Shown piece after piece: positions 39,395 to 52,105 of a DNA stretch of 64,000 nucleotides. The DNA is from Octopus bimaculoides (taxonomy: Eukaryota). The translations under genes were made by a program, and so were the position numbers. The notes beneath the pieces were generated by a model. That model saw only the letters and a program-made list of their open reading frames with translations, was not told the DNA's origin and made no database searches. How positions within the stretch are numbered: position 1 is the first letter of the stretch; each line of letters opens with the position of its first letter. The DNA lies in assembly GCF_001194135.2 (NCBI RefSeq), contig NC_068983.1:73950546-74014545 (forward strand), in the 5' to 3' direction.

Positions 39395-39585
39395 CTAATG
39401 TGGTCAGCATTAGAAAGGGAGTTCAGTTGTGGGGACCATGCCAAAACAGACAATGGAGGTCAACCAGTCAGATCTTGTCAAACCATCCAACTCATGCCAG
39501 CATGGAACATGGGCATTAAATGTTGATGATAATGATGATGATGAAGATGATGACGACGACGACGACAACAATGACGACAATGAAA
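39395..39585 (+). mobile_element. RTE LINE 3' end with (GAT/GAC)n tail
   Basis: CCAACTCATGCCAGCATGGAACATGGGCATTAAATG followed by a trinucleotide tail. Confidence 0.7.
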
Positions 39586-39964
39586 GCAATAGAGTTGAAA
39601 TAGGTTTTTGGCTGATTCTCAAAGTAATGCTTAGTAGTTAGATAGGAAGCCAGGGGTTGTAAGCAGCCAAATTTCTCTCAGAGACTTCTTGAAAAGAAGT
39701 CTAAATCTAAAATTGGGTGACAATGCTGGAGTAACTTTCATCAAAGATCTGTCCAATTAGAGCTGGCTTGGTGTTAATCAACAGTGACAACAACAACAGC
39801 ACACGTGCATATATACAAACATGCACACAAAACACAATGCAATGAATAAGACACAATACTCCAACATGACAAGAACGAAGCTCACAAATACCTAAGCTAA
39901 AGAATTACATATCAGTTAGTTAAGATTGATCTCGTCATGGTCATTTATTATTTAAGCTTAAAAG

Positions 39965-40170
39965 TTGGCAAGCTGGCAGAATTGCTTGCATGCTGGACAA
40001 AATGGTTAGTTGCATTTCTTCAGATTTTATGTTTTGAGTTTAAATTCCCCTGAGGTTGACTTTACCTTTTATCCTTTTAGCATCAATGAAATAAGTATGA
40101 GTTGAACACTGGGGCCAATGTAACTGATGACTCCCTCCCGCAAAATTTCAGACCTTGTGCATATGGAAGA
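39965..40170 (+). mobile_element. SINE family C (diverged)
   Basis: GCAAGCTGGCAGAATTG...GAGGTTGACTTTACCTTTTATCC. Confidence 0.65.
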
Positions 40171-40602
40171 AAGAATTAATTAGTGTTGGTTACTGAGTTT
40201 TCAATTTTATAACTAAATCCAACTTCCTACACAATAAATTTTTCTCATTATCATTTAGAATATAATGAGTAATTATTCTCAAATAGATTTACTACTTCTG
40301 TCAGTTATATGAAATTTCATATTTTAGTAATTTTAACCATTGTTGGTGCCTAGACTCAGGCCAATTTTGATTGAGTAGACCTGTGATCAAAGACACTTCA
40401 GTTGTGAATGTCTCTTTGTATATCTATGAATACATTGTTCAGATTTTTACAACAGTAGGGTGTGAACTTTCTATTTCTAGCAAACTGAGTGACTGCATAA
40501 AAGATTTTCTTATTGCCATATATTTGTAACTATTGTTGCTTGGCACCAGATCAGCTGTTATTAAGCAAATTTATAATGAAACACATTCTAGGACACAGCA
40601 TA

Positions 40603-41476
40603 CAAGGTGGTACCCAAACGAAACTGGAATTTTGCAATATTATTTGATTCACTTAGTTTTACATGTTTACGCTTTTATCACCTTCAAAGTATTCTCCATT
40701 TGAAGTAATGCATTAGTCCAGACACATTTTCCACTGTTCAAAGCAGTGCTGGAACTCTTGCAAAGTGATGGCTTTTAATGCCTCCGTTGTTTTTTCCTTC
40801 ACCTCTTCTACATCTGGAAATTCTGTAGCACCAGTTTTGTTATCAGTGATGACCTTCGAAAAAAGGACTGGATCAAGTTCAGTTCACGACATGCATTCGG
40901 TCATGACTGCTTTTGATCTTCCATGAGCAAGTGAGGCACAAATTTTGCTTCAACTCTTTTCACTTGCAATTCCTTATTCAAAATTTGTTGACAAGAGCTC
41001 CAGTACACACTGGTCATAACAAACTCATCAATTGTTTGGTGATGGTTCCTGAATTTTCATGATGTTTTCTTTCATTTGGGAGGTCGATGGCTGTCCTGAA
41101 TGAAGTTGGTCTTCAAACAACAAGTGACCATTCCTAAAGCAGGGAAACTACTTGTAAGCTTGTGTTTTGCTCAAGGCAGTATCCTTGTAAGCTGTTTGAG
41201 ATACGACAACTATTTTGGTCACCATTTTCCCCAGCAGAAAACAGAATTTCATGGAAGCATGCTGTTCCTTTGTTTCAGCCATTGCAAAAATTGACAAACA
41301 GGGAAGAAGCACTGTAAAATAAAAACACACCACATGGCAGTATGACACCACACGATGCTGCCGGTTGACAGACTGATGCTTGAGGGTCACATCACGTGGC
41401 GTCTAGCTGCAGAAGCCTGAACTACAACAAGTTTATCCCTCAGATAACATTTCCGGTTACTTTTGGGTACCCCTCA
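40603..41476 (-). mobile_element. Internally deleted mariner, same family as 35595-36866
   Basis: Same TIRs with TA flanks; ~400 bp of the catalytic region missing at ~40820. Confidence 0.9.
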
Positions 41477-42371
41477 TATGTTTCACTACCCAATGTATGC
41501 TTTTTTTTTTATAATGATGCAATAGGAAGGAGATTGGGCTGTTGTTTCTTGCAGGTTAAATGACCACATAGAGGCTCTCACATTAGCTAGTATTTTAAGT
41601 TGTTCATTGTTATGTTGGCATATGGAAATACAACATAATAATACATGGGAATGAATCAGAGTTATTTTAAGGGAGATAGTTTTCATTTTTAGTTTTTAAA
41701 TCCCTGGATGTAAGTTATAATTGCTAATTATAAATGCAAATAATGGCATCAAAATATTTTTATTCTCTATTTTTCAAAGAAATTTTTTACCAAAACAGAA
41801 AATAAAAGGAAAATACTTTTAAAAAGAATCAATATTCTCTCATTAAAAAGAATAAATAACTTGACTGAAATAGAAATATATTTATCTATGATAGGAAAAC
41901 TAATTGTCAGGAGATGGTGAAGAGAACAGACACACATACACACAGAGGCATGGATGTGTGGTAAGATATTTGCTTCCCAATGACATGATTTTCAGTTCAG
42001 TTCTACTGTATGTCAAACAAAATCACTCCAGAAGTAACCACAAAAATGACAGATATGTATTTCACTATAGTTGCAGCTGATCCATATGTACACGATGGAC
42101 TGCCTCACAGTTTTCACTTATCAGATTTATTCACAAGGTATTGGTTGGCCTGAACACTTGCCCCTTCCCTCTATGTCAGCCTGACTGAGCAACTTTATGG
42201 TCTAAAGTGCTCCATCATTGATAATCTTGGCTTCCTATTCAGACATGATTGATCCTCTGTTGGTTTTGACAACTGTCAGTTGTTCAATTAACTAACCTAG
42301 CTGCTTATTAAAGTAACGTGTGAATGGCTGAATATCCCATCTATGACACATGTTTTCTTAATATAATTCTT

Positions 42372-42580
42372 CGGTACCACCGGACTGGCCCTCGTGCTGG
42401 TGGCATGTAAAAAGCACCCACTACACTCTCAGAGTGGTTGGCGTTAGGAAGGGCATCCAAATGTAGAAACTCTGCCAGATCAGATTGGAGTTGGGTGTAG
42501 CCATCTGGTTCACCAGTCCCCAGTCAAATCGTCCAACCCATACTAGCATGGAAAGTGGACGTTAAATGATGATGATGCCA
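42372..42580 (+). mobile_element. RTE LINE 3' end
   Basis: CAGTCAAATCGTCCAACCCATACTAGCATGGAAAGTGGACGTTAAATGATGATG. Confidence 0.75.
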
Positions 42581-43058
42581 AATCAGTCAAGCACAATATG
42601 TGACAAAGCTGTTACAGTTCATCTTTATTCTTTTACTTGTTTCAGTCATTTGACTGTGACCATGCTGGAGCACCACCTGATGGGTTTCCACACAAAATTT
42701 CTTTCTACCCACTTTCACTCACAAGACTTACCACTTCATGCATGGTGCTACAGTTTAGCATGATGTCATGTGACTTTATGGTTAGGGTGTTACACTCATG
42801 ATTGCAAGATCATGGTTTCAATTCCATGACCAGCAGTAATTGTATTTTAGAGCAAAACACTTTATCTCATGCTCCTCCAGTCCCCTCAGCTGTAAATAGG
42901 TAATCCTGCAATGGATTGGAATTCTGTTGAGAAATAACATTGGCCTGCTTATCCAGCCAGTATGATGGCATCATTTTAAAGCTACAACAATGCAAGGAAG
43001 TGCAGTATCCATTAGTCTGGTTGATACAGTGATTACTGTGTAGTACTGTCATGTAGCT

Positions 43059-43522
43059 AGCTGTTAGTAGGTACCACATGGTGGTATAGTTCTTTATAGT
43101 AAGCAGGGTACCATTTTGCTATAGTAAAGCAGCTGTTTCTTGGTATGTTATGGTGGTATAGTTCTCCATTGTAAGCAGGGTACTATTGTGCAATAGTAAT
43201 GCAGCTGTTCATAGGTACCTCATGATGGTATAGTTTCCCATTGTAAGCAAGATACTATTGTGCTATAGTAATGCAGCTATTCATACGTACCTCATGATAT
43301 AGTTCTCCATAGTAAGCAGGGTACTATTTTGCTATAGTAATGCGGCTCTTCATAGGTACCTCATGGTGGCATGCTTCTCCATTGTAAGCAGGGTACTATT
43401 GTGCTATAGTAATGCAGTTGTTAGTAGGTACCTCGTGGTGGTATAGTTTTCCATAGTAAGCAGGGTACTATTGTGCTACAGTAATGCAGTTGATAGCAGA
43501 TGCCTCAAGATGGTATAGCTCT
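43059..43522. repeat. 72-bp minisatellite, ~6.4 copies
   Basis: Consensus GCAGCTGTTAGTAGGTACCTCATGGTGGTATAGTTCTCCATTGTAAGCAGGGTACTATTGTGCTATAGTAAT; stop codons in the frames I translated. Confidence 0.92.
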
Positions 43523-43673
43523 GCAGAATATCTATGTTAATATAACAAACTTAAGCTGTGTGGGAGAGGTGAGATTATAAATATAATACACTTGGCTATG
43601 ACAGTCATAATATTCAGATTCAGTAATAAATTGCAAGTCAGATTAACTGAAGCATTAGGAAACTATACACTAC

Positions 43674-43741
43674 CTTGTAAGCTTGTTCTAAATCTGATAT
43701 GGGTAGCATAGTCTTAATGTGTAAACAGAGAGGAAGGGGGC
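43674..43741 (-). CDS. Candidate exon (G)PLPLCLHIKTMLPISDLEQAYK
   Basis: Acceptor ttatgtttaccag, one open frame over 68 nt, donor AAG|GTAGTG. Confidence 0.3.
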
Positions 43742-43917
43742 CTGGTAAACATAACTATTACAAAGTAATTATTGTGGTTCTTGAAAGATTCCTAGAAGCA
43801 AGCAAAATTACACTGTATAGGATAAGGTAACATGGGTAATACAAAAAATGATTTTCTATATATAAAGAGTGAATTTGGTAGAAGGAATCTGTGTGGAAGT
43901 CTATGATATATATACCA

Positions 43918-44295
43918 TCTTCATTATCATCATCACCGTCATCAGTTAGCATCTGCTTTCCATGCTGGCATGGGTTAGACGGTTTGACTGAAACTAGTAA
44001 GCTGGGAAGCTGAACGAAGTTCCAATCTGATTTGGCATGGTTTCTACAACTGGATGCCCTTCCTAAAGCCAACCACTTCAAGAGTGTAATGGGTGCTTTT
44101 TACGTGCCACTGGCATGGGTACCAGTTACATGGCACTGGTATCAGCCACAACTATGATTTCTCTAAGCTTGATGAGTCTTCTCAAGCACTGGCATATTGC
44201 CAAAGGCCTCAGTCACTTGTCATCACCTCTGTGAAGCCCAACGTTTGAAGGGTGCTTTTCACTAGCATAGGTGCCAGTTATGTGACATTGGCATC
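43918..44295 (-). mobile_element. RTE LINE 3' UTR fragment
   Basis: (CAT)n then TTTCCATGCTGGCATGGGTTAGACGG; homologous to 45093-45300. Confidence 0.75.
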
Positions 44296-44911
44296 GTCTT
44301 TGTGTTTGTCTTTGACCCACACAGTGCTTAACAACTGGTTTTGGTTTTTATATGTCCTTGTAGCTTGGTGGTTTGGCAAATGTGACCAATAGAATAAGTA
44401 GCAAACTTAAAAAAGCAAAATAAGTACAAAGTGGTGCACCAGTATGGTTGCAGTCAAATGAATGAAACAAGTAAAAGATAAAGATAGGAAAACATTGGAC
44501 ACATTAGGGGTTAATGATGCTAAAGAAAAGGTTTAAATAAGACCAAAACAATGTAAAAGATATGAAGGATAAAATCAAGACAAAACTCACAAAAATAGCA
44601 AGAAAAAATGGAGAAAACAAACTTCTCTGTGACCAGCATCCGGCAATATTCAACAGAAAGGAAGTGAAGCAATATTAAAGTCAGCAATAACTCAAAAGAT
44701 CGGGAATAAATGTAAAAACAAATCTAATTTTAGATGTGTAAGATTAATACCGAAACCACGAAACAATGCTAAAATTAAGTAATAAAATGGAAATTCATGT
44801 CAACTGCTAACTATGCAATCATCAAAGTTTGCTGTTGACATAAATTAACATAATTTATGGGTGATTTTTGTAAAGACAAAATATATCCACATATATTATT
44901 AGGTAGCTATA

Positions 44912-45092
44912 ATAGGTGCAGGAGTGGCTGTGTGGTAAGATGTTTGCTTCCCAGCCAAAATGGTTCCAAGTTGAGTCTCACTGTGTGACACCTTGGGCAA
45001 GTGTCTTCTACTATAGCATTGGGTTGACCAAAGTCTTGTGAGTGAATTTGGTGAATGGAAGATGAAGCAAGCTTGTTATATATATGTATGTG
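44912..45092 (+). mobile_element. SINE family A, 5' half (interrupted by the RTE LINE)
   Basis: Head ATAGGTGCAGGAGTGGCTGTGTGGTAAG up to the internal microsatellite. Confidence 0.85.
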
Positions 45093-47501
45093 TCATCATT
45101 ATTATCATTTAACGTCCGTTATCCATGCTGGCATGGGTTGGATGGTTTGACTGGCCTGGCTCGCTGGAAGGCGTGAAGTATTCTTTACATGCCACCAGCA
45201 TGGGTGCACTTGGCTTGATGGGTCCTCTCAAGCACAGCACATTGCCAAAAGTCTTGGTCACTAGTCATTGCCTCTGTGAGGCTCAAAGTTTGAAGATCAT
45301 GCTTCATCACCTAGTTCCATGTCCTCCTGGGTCTACCTCTACAACAGGTTCCCTCCACAGTTAGATATCAGCACTTCTTTACATGGCTGTCCTCGTCCAT
45401 ATGCATCACATGACCATACCAGTGCAGTTGTCTCTCTTGCAAACCACATCTTATTCCTCTTATGCTTAACTTTTCTCTCAAGATGCTTACGTTCTGTTGA
45501 ACATGCATACTGACATTACACATCCAGCGAAGCATATTGACTTCATTTCTTTCAAGCCTACGCATGTCCTCAGCTATCACAGTCCATGTTTCACAGCCAT
45601 GCAGCATTGCTGTTCGCACACAGGTATCAAACAATCTGCCTTTCATTCTGAGAGAGAGGCCTTTTGTTTCCAGCAGCGGTAGAAACTCTCTTAACTTTGC
45701 CCATCCTAATTTTATTCTCATAACTATGCTCTTGGAGCATCCACCTCCATTACTAACTTTGTTACCTAGATAACGAAAGCAGTTGATGGAGTCTATTTTC
45801 TGCTCATTTTCAGCGTTTATTGTACTTGTATATCTTTCAAATACAAAAGCTAGTTTCCCTATTAACCTTCCTCTGATATTGCTGCTCCTTTTATGTGTCC
45901 AAAGCTTACACTGGGTGCATCTTATGGAGTTTCTCCCTACACCTTTTCTACAGTTTGAGCAGGACCATCTACCTGAAGGGATTTGTGATTTGTCTGTCTT
46001 CCTACTCACTAAGACTTTGGTTTTTGCTAGGTTAACTCTACAGCCCTTTGATTCTAGACATTGCTTTTATACCTGAAACTTCTTTAGCTCAGGTAATGAT
46101 TCAATTATATGAACAAGGTTATCGGCATAGATGAGCTCCCAAGGGCAGCCTGTCTTATATTCCTCTGCTATTGCCAGGAGGACTATGATGAATAAGAGGG
46201 GGCTGATCACCGATCCTTGGTGAACCCCTACCTGTACTCTGATTTCTTCACTGGACTCATTGCCAACCCTCACCTTACTGGAAGCATCCCTATACATAGC
46301 TTGTACAGTTCTCACCAACTACTTGTCTATCCATAACTTCTGCATTGACCACCAGATAAGGGATCAGGAGACCCTGTCAAAGGCTTTCCCCAAGTCAACA
46401 AAGGCTAAGTACAGAGGTTTATCTTTGGCTATGTATTTCTCCTGCAGCTGTCTCACCAGAAATATAGCATCAGTAGTGGTTCTCCCTGGCACTAAACTAA
46501 ACTGCTACTCATCTAAGTTAACTATCTTCCTAACTAGTTGGGCTATGGCTCTCTCCATAACTTTCATCACCTGACCCAGCAATTTGATACTTCTGTAATT
46601 ATTTCTATCTTAAGCATCACCTTTACCTTTGTGGCAGTTGACGATGGTGCTGCTACACCAGTCATTGGATATGACTCATTCATGAACCACCTGATGGTAA
46701 CAATATAGGTACCTAGACTATAACACACATCGCAGATATTTTAAGCATCTCAGCAGTTATTCCTGATGGGCCAGGGGCTTTTTCTGTTTTCATATCCTTA
46801 ATTGCTTTATCTACCAAGGAACTGTTGATTCAGGTAGCAGGTCCCTCAATTGGGTCAACATTTGGCAGACTTTCCTCCTCCCACTCATTCTCTGTGTTCA
46901 GCAATCTTTCATAATGGCATTTCCAAGCCTCCTTTTTTGCAGAATCATTACATGCAAGTGCACCATCATCCATATGGACACGTTTCTCTCCTGTGACATC
47001 ACAATTTTCTCTCACACACTGTCTTGCAATCCGAAACACTTTAGTTCTTTGGTCCTCATGTCACTGAACATTTCTTTTCTGCTTCTCCCTTGATTAGATA
47101 TATTTGTATCCTAGCATCCCTTCTGGCAATCTGACACAGTACCCTGCTACCCCCATTCTTCCAGGCATTCCACTGGAATTTTGCACCAGCCACTGATCTG
47201 GTCTGTGGCACTCATCAAGCTATTCCTCAACAATTCTCAGTTGCCCTCTATGTCACAAGTCTGTAGCTCCTCCTCCCTTTCATTTCTCAATTTCTCAGTT
47301 AGGATGTCCTTAAATCTCTGACCATATGAAAGGTCCTTTAGCTTCCAAATCCTTCTTTTCCAAATTGGTTTGCTTCTTGGCATCCTTTTGGCTTGGAGTC
47401 TAAAGTCACTTTTGACTAGACTATGCTGTGGGGTACATTCTTCACCAAGGAGGGACTTTGCATTTAGGAACAACCATGCATCCTGCTGTTTGGTGAGAAT
47501 G
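45093..47501 (-). mobile_element. 5'-truncated RTE-clade LINE (APE end, linker, RT, 3' UTR), inactive
   Basis: EECTPQHSLVKSDF (APE C-terminus), GVHQGSVISPLLF, YADN (decayed YADD), FRYLG, LHGCETW, LRWM, WYGHV; (GAT)-type 3' tail; multiple frameshifts. Confidence 0.93.
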
Positions 47502-47930
47502 TATAAATATATATGTCTACATGTGTGTCTTTGTGTCAATATTTGTCCCCCATCATTGCTTGACAATTGGTATTGTTGTGTTTACATCCCTATAAGTTTG
47601 TGGTTTGACAAAAGTGACCGATAGAATAAGTACCAAGCTTTACAAACTGTTGTGTGGACGACCCCAGGCGATAAGTAGGCTAGTCCACTATGTATAAATA
47701 GCTAGATGAAAAGTGTTGCGTAGAGCGAGCCACAGCCGTCGGTAGACTAGACATAGAGTTGTTGGAAGTGAGAGTTGAGTAGTTGTGTAGAGGTCATCCG
47801 CACGTGTGATATAACAAACAAAGAAAGAAAATAAGTTCTGTGGTCGATTCGTTTCACTAAATTTCTTCAAGTTAGTGCCCCAGTATGACCACAGCTGAAT
47901 GACTGAAACATGTAAATGATAAGAGATTGT
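47502..47930 (+). mobile_element. SINE family A, 3' half (further interrupted at 47648-47816)
   Basis: TTTGTCCCCC...GACCGATAGAATAAGTACC before the insert; AATAAGTTCTGTGGTCGATT...ATGACTGAAAC after it. Confidence 0.8.
47648..47816. mobile_element. Probable solo LTR (169 bp)
   Basis: TGTTG...TAACA termini, internal TATAAATA, CpG-rich, imperfect (A)AAC target duplication, inserted in a SINE. Confidence 0.65.
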
Positions 47931-48108
47931 AATTGCGTAACATGCAGATTCTTCCACATGCAAACTGATGATAAACAATATCAATATAGTTTGAATCTAG
48001 TATGTATCAATGGCTATGATACTATGGAATATGTCGAGACTGATAAAGAGATAGAAAAAGAGCCACCCTGATATCATGAACACAGACCAAAATGAAACAC
48101 TGTACATT

Positions 48109-48340
48109 TTTATTTCTTTATTGCCCACAAGGGGCTAAACATAAAGGGGACAAACAAGGACAGACAAAGGGATTAAGTCGATTACATCGACCTCAGTGCG
48201 TAACTGGTACTTAATTTATCGACCCCGAAAGGATGAAAGGGAAAGTCAACCTCGGCGGAATTTGAACTCAGAAGGTAACAGCAGACGAAATACCGCTAAG
48301 CATTTCACCCGGCGTGCTAACGTTTCTGCCAGCTCGCCGC
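48109..48340 (-). mobile_element. SINE family C, young full-length copy with TSD
   Basis: CpG-rich; 9-bp TSD CTGTACATT at 48100-48108 and 48341-48349. Confidence 0.9.
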
Positions 48341-48594
48341 CTGTACATTCTGATAAGCATCATGATTTCTTTTAATCAAAATTCTTCTGGAAGATAACAG
48401 ACATTACCAAAGTATAAGGACTTTGAGCTGGAAGTAATTGTACTAGTTGTAACTGGCAAATTAACCCTTTTATTGCAAAAATTAAATTTCATGGTTATTC
48501 CAGAAATGATCTTAAATATGTACCAAAAAATAGTTGAAAATAATTTAAAGCATCACTTAGTCGAGGTGATCTTAATTTTGGGAGCTATATGAAG

Positions 48595-48770
48595 AGAAAA
48601 TGCACCCAGTACACTCTAAAGTGGTTGATGTTGGGAAGGGTATCCAGTTGAAGAAACTATGCCAAAGCAGACACTGGGATATGACTCAGTCTTTCAACTT
48701 GTCAGATCCTGTCAAACCATTCAACTCATGCCAGCATGAAAGACAGATAGATGTTAAAAGATGATAATGA
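48595..48770 (+). mobile_element. RTE LINE 3' end (diverged)
   Basis: GCACCCAGTACACTCT...CCATTCAACTCATGCCAGCATG...GATGATAATG. Confidence 0.65.
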
Positions 48771-48801
48771 CACACGTATACACACACACACACACACACA
48801 C

Positions 48802-49950
48802 ACGGCATTCAGGCTAAATTTGTCAAACGTTTATGCCACCTTTTTTTTCAGGAACAACTTAATATATTGGTGAAACATCAATGGCATTGGAGAGCATAAA
48901 GATTAAAGATGTAGTTGAAAAGAAGTTAGCTGACATGGAGGACTGGAAGCCATCTGAATACTGGAAAAGAATTACCTGTATCATGATGATTTGTACTGGG
49001 TATCAAGATGCTGACATCATGACTCAGTGCTCTGTGAACAGTGTAAAGGCCGTAAGACATGACTTGGACAGCTGCAATGAAGACTACAAAGCTGTAGGGG
49101 ACAGAACAGGCATTCTGATTGAGTCTGCACACTGGAATTCATCCATCAACTGCAGGACAAGGTGATGGAAGATCTGAAAAGGGAATTCAGGATTTGGTGA
49201 GGGAGATGTATGTTGGAGTCACCACCATAAAGCTGGCCATGAATGAAGGCCTTCACTATCACTTGTACAAGAGGTACAAGAGATGAATTTTGATAGCTAA
49301 GGCCAATGCGAACCACTTGGTAAAGAAAAAACTCCTGAACAAGCTGAGACATCTTGTTGACCCAGGGATGATCTGGTTCTTCTCAAACAGAAAGAATTTC
49401 TGCCGGGAGCAGTTGCACAACATCCAGAACAACAGGTGGCTTACCTACAATCCATGTAATGACCCACATGTCATGAAAACTAAGTTTCCCCAAAGTATGA
49501 TGTGTCTCCAGTGAGGGTGATGCCATGTTGCCACACATCTTTGAACAGAGTCTTAGGCTCAATTCAAATGGCGATGTGAAGCTGCTGGAGATGAGATCAA
49601 ACCCTGGCTGGAGAATGTTGCTGCTGAAAGGCAATATGTGTGGTACTAGGATTTAACTTTTTGCTATACCCCCAGAAAGAGTCAGAAGTGGTTGTCAGAG
49701 AATTTCTATGACTTTACCAGCCCCAATTTTTGGCCTCCTAATTCCTCTAATTCTGATCTTATGGATTACTATGTGGGGCATGGTTGAGAAAGACACCAAC
49801 TACTTTGCCTGCAACACCAAGGTTGAACTGGTGGCCAAGATCAAGGTGTTGTTTGAAGATGTTCCCAGGGACACAGTGAAGAATGCCTGCCCCAGGCTCT
49901 GGAGCTGACTTGAAGCTGTTGTGGAAGCTGAGGGTTGCTACTTCGAGTAA
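48802..49950 (+). mobile_element. Decayed Tc1/mariner, maT/DD37D-like
   Basis: Pieces IWFFS..KNFC..QLHNIQNNRW, HVMKTKFP, YVW...KSQKWLSENFYDFTSPNFWPPNSSNSDLMDYYV (cf. WPPNSPDLNPxDY); catalytic residues decayed, so the DD spacing is inferred. Confidence 0.8.
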
Positions 49951-50182
49951 ACTGTTAGATCCTTGTGTATATATATATGACAGGCTTCCTGCAGCATCTG
50001 TCTATCAAATTCACTCACCAGACATCAGTAAGCCAAAGGTTATAACAGAAGACGCTGACTTATCCAAAGTGGTGTACAGTGGGACCAAACCTGAAACTAC
50101 ATGACAATACCTGTACTTGTTTGTAAGTATCAAAAATTATTTAATTTCTAATGAGGAAGTTTAGAGTCAAGAAAATCTTATC

Positions 50183-50231
<49 letters not shown>

Positions 50232-51489
50232 GAGAAAGAAGGAGGAATGTAAGAGAAAGAGAAAAAAGGGGGTGTATGAGTGGGGAGAGAAGATAACAGG
50301 GAAAGAAACTACTTCAAAAATATGAGAGAAGGGTTTTCAAAAGTGTCCTAATATTGTTTTTTATTCATAAAGATAAGGTTACTAACCTGAAATATAATTT
50401 AATTATTCTCATTGCTATGAGACTTTTAGATGAGACAGATTTTTGTATTTGAAACAGCAGAGAAACACTATATCTTTATACAAAACGAGAAGCTAGTGGT
50501 AGTAATTAATATCTGACAGTTTGTATTAAAAACCCGTATTAAATGCACCAGTCTCGAACCAACTGACGATGATGATGGTGATGACGATGATGACATACCT
50601 CCACAGACACATTAACACATTTAACATTCCATCAGTACTCAAAATAAGACATCTCTCATTTACCCATACACTGAATATTTTACACAATTAATACACGTCA
50701 ACAGATGCCTATACTGTCCACCACAATCACCACTACCACCACACCACCACGATCACCACTACCACCACACCACCATCGTCACCAGTGCTAAACATATGAG
50801 TTTGAAACTAAAGGGAAAACAATATAAGTACATATTTTAAATTAACAGACAAAAATGTTATTAAAAGCTGTTAGTCATGTGTTCAAAGAATTCATAAACT
50901 ATACAAAAATGATAAAAGGCTTAATTTGTGTTTACATGATGCTATTGATGACAATGATAGTGGTGGTGGTGGCGGCAGAAGTGGTGGTGGTAGTGGTGGC
51001 GCTGATGATGACAGTATGATGATTGCAGTAATGCTAACAGTAGAAATGGTAATGCAGACTAACTGATCTGTGTTGTTGATGATGACAAGTTGGATGATAA
51101 GAGAGAGTGTTGTATATATGTTGATAGCAATGTCGTTGTTGATTAGTCTCAAGTCAGCCATGATTGAGCAGACTTATGAGAAAAGGCACTCCAGTCATAA
51201 CTATTGGACACTGTAGCAATTCTGCTGCATGTAAGAGCATTTTCTGTCAAAGGGATTATGTCTTTTGAACGAGTTATTTTATCTTTCTCACTCTCCAGCA
51301 TTAGAAAGAAAGATATAAGGATAAAGAAGGAGGGATAGTGAAAGAGAGAGAAAGAAAGTGTAGAAGAGAGAGAAATGGTGTAGGTTGAATGATCACATAA
51401 AGGCACCCTTGGTTCATACTGTTGTTATCTAGGACAACATTTCGGTTTGTGTTTGTGTGTATGCATTTCTTTACACATGTTATATCCAT

Positions 51490-51735
51490 GGGTGCATGGC
51501 TTAGTTGTTAGGGTGTTGCACTCATGATCTAGTAATCATGGTTTCAATTCCTAGACTGGGTGGTGCATTGTGTTCTTGAGCAAAACACTTCATCTCACAT
51601 TGCTCTGCAATCACTTTGACACCTGATGCATGGCATCTGTTCAGGCAGTGTCGATTTGATGGAGAGAGTGAGTTAATGTGTAGCATGAACATTTGGTCAC
51701 TATAAACAATTCATTTGTGCAGGTCATTCAACAAA
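51490..51735 (+). mobile_element. SINE with family B head
   Basis: GGGTGCATGGCTTAGTTGTTAGGGTGTTGCACTCATG...TTCTTGAGCAAAACACTTC. Confidence 0.7.
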
Positions 51736-51774
51736 AGCTCGTACATTGTCTTTGATGGCAGAGTCTATTATTAT

Positions 51775-52105
51775 ATACATGATGGCCGTCCACTTGTGAC
51801 CAAGGAAGACCATTGCTGACCATCACGAACATTGTGCGCTCTAGGACAAACTTATATTTTGCATTTGCGGCTCCATTGGTGGCTAATGGGCCCTGCTCTT
51901 GACATGCATACACAACTGCAAACATTGCAGACCAAGCTTTCCCTATTCACTATACGGGCCGTGCACTTTCGTGCAGCTCGCTTATGTTCTTCTTGCTGGA
52001 TACATGCTCTCTCAAAAGTGTTGATCCCCTGTTTAACCTGCTTCCTCCATCTGTGGCGATGACACGCATTGTTCTCCCAGTCAGTGTCCTGCATATCACA
52101 GGCCT
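51775..52105 (-). mobile_element. 3' end of a second RTE family with a C-terminal Cys/His knuckle
   Basis: WENNACHRHRWRKQVKQG..FE...KRAARK...CNVCSCVCMSRAGPISH. Confidence 0.8.

Noticed and set aside
43059-43522. CRISPR-like or coding (24-aa) repeat
   Set aside because: The units are contiguous with no unique spacers, the context is eukaryotic, and the translated frames contain stops.
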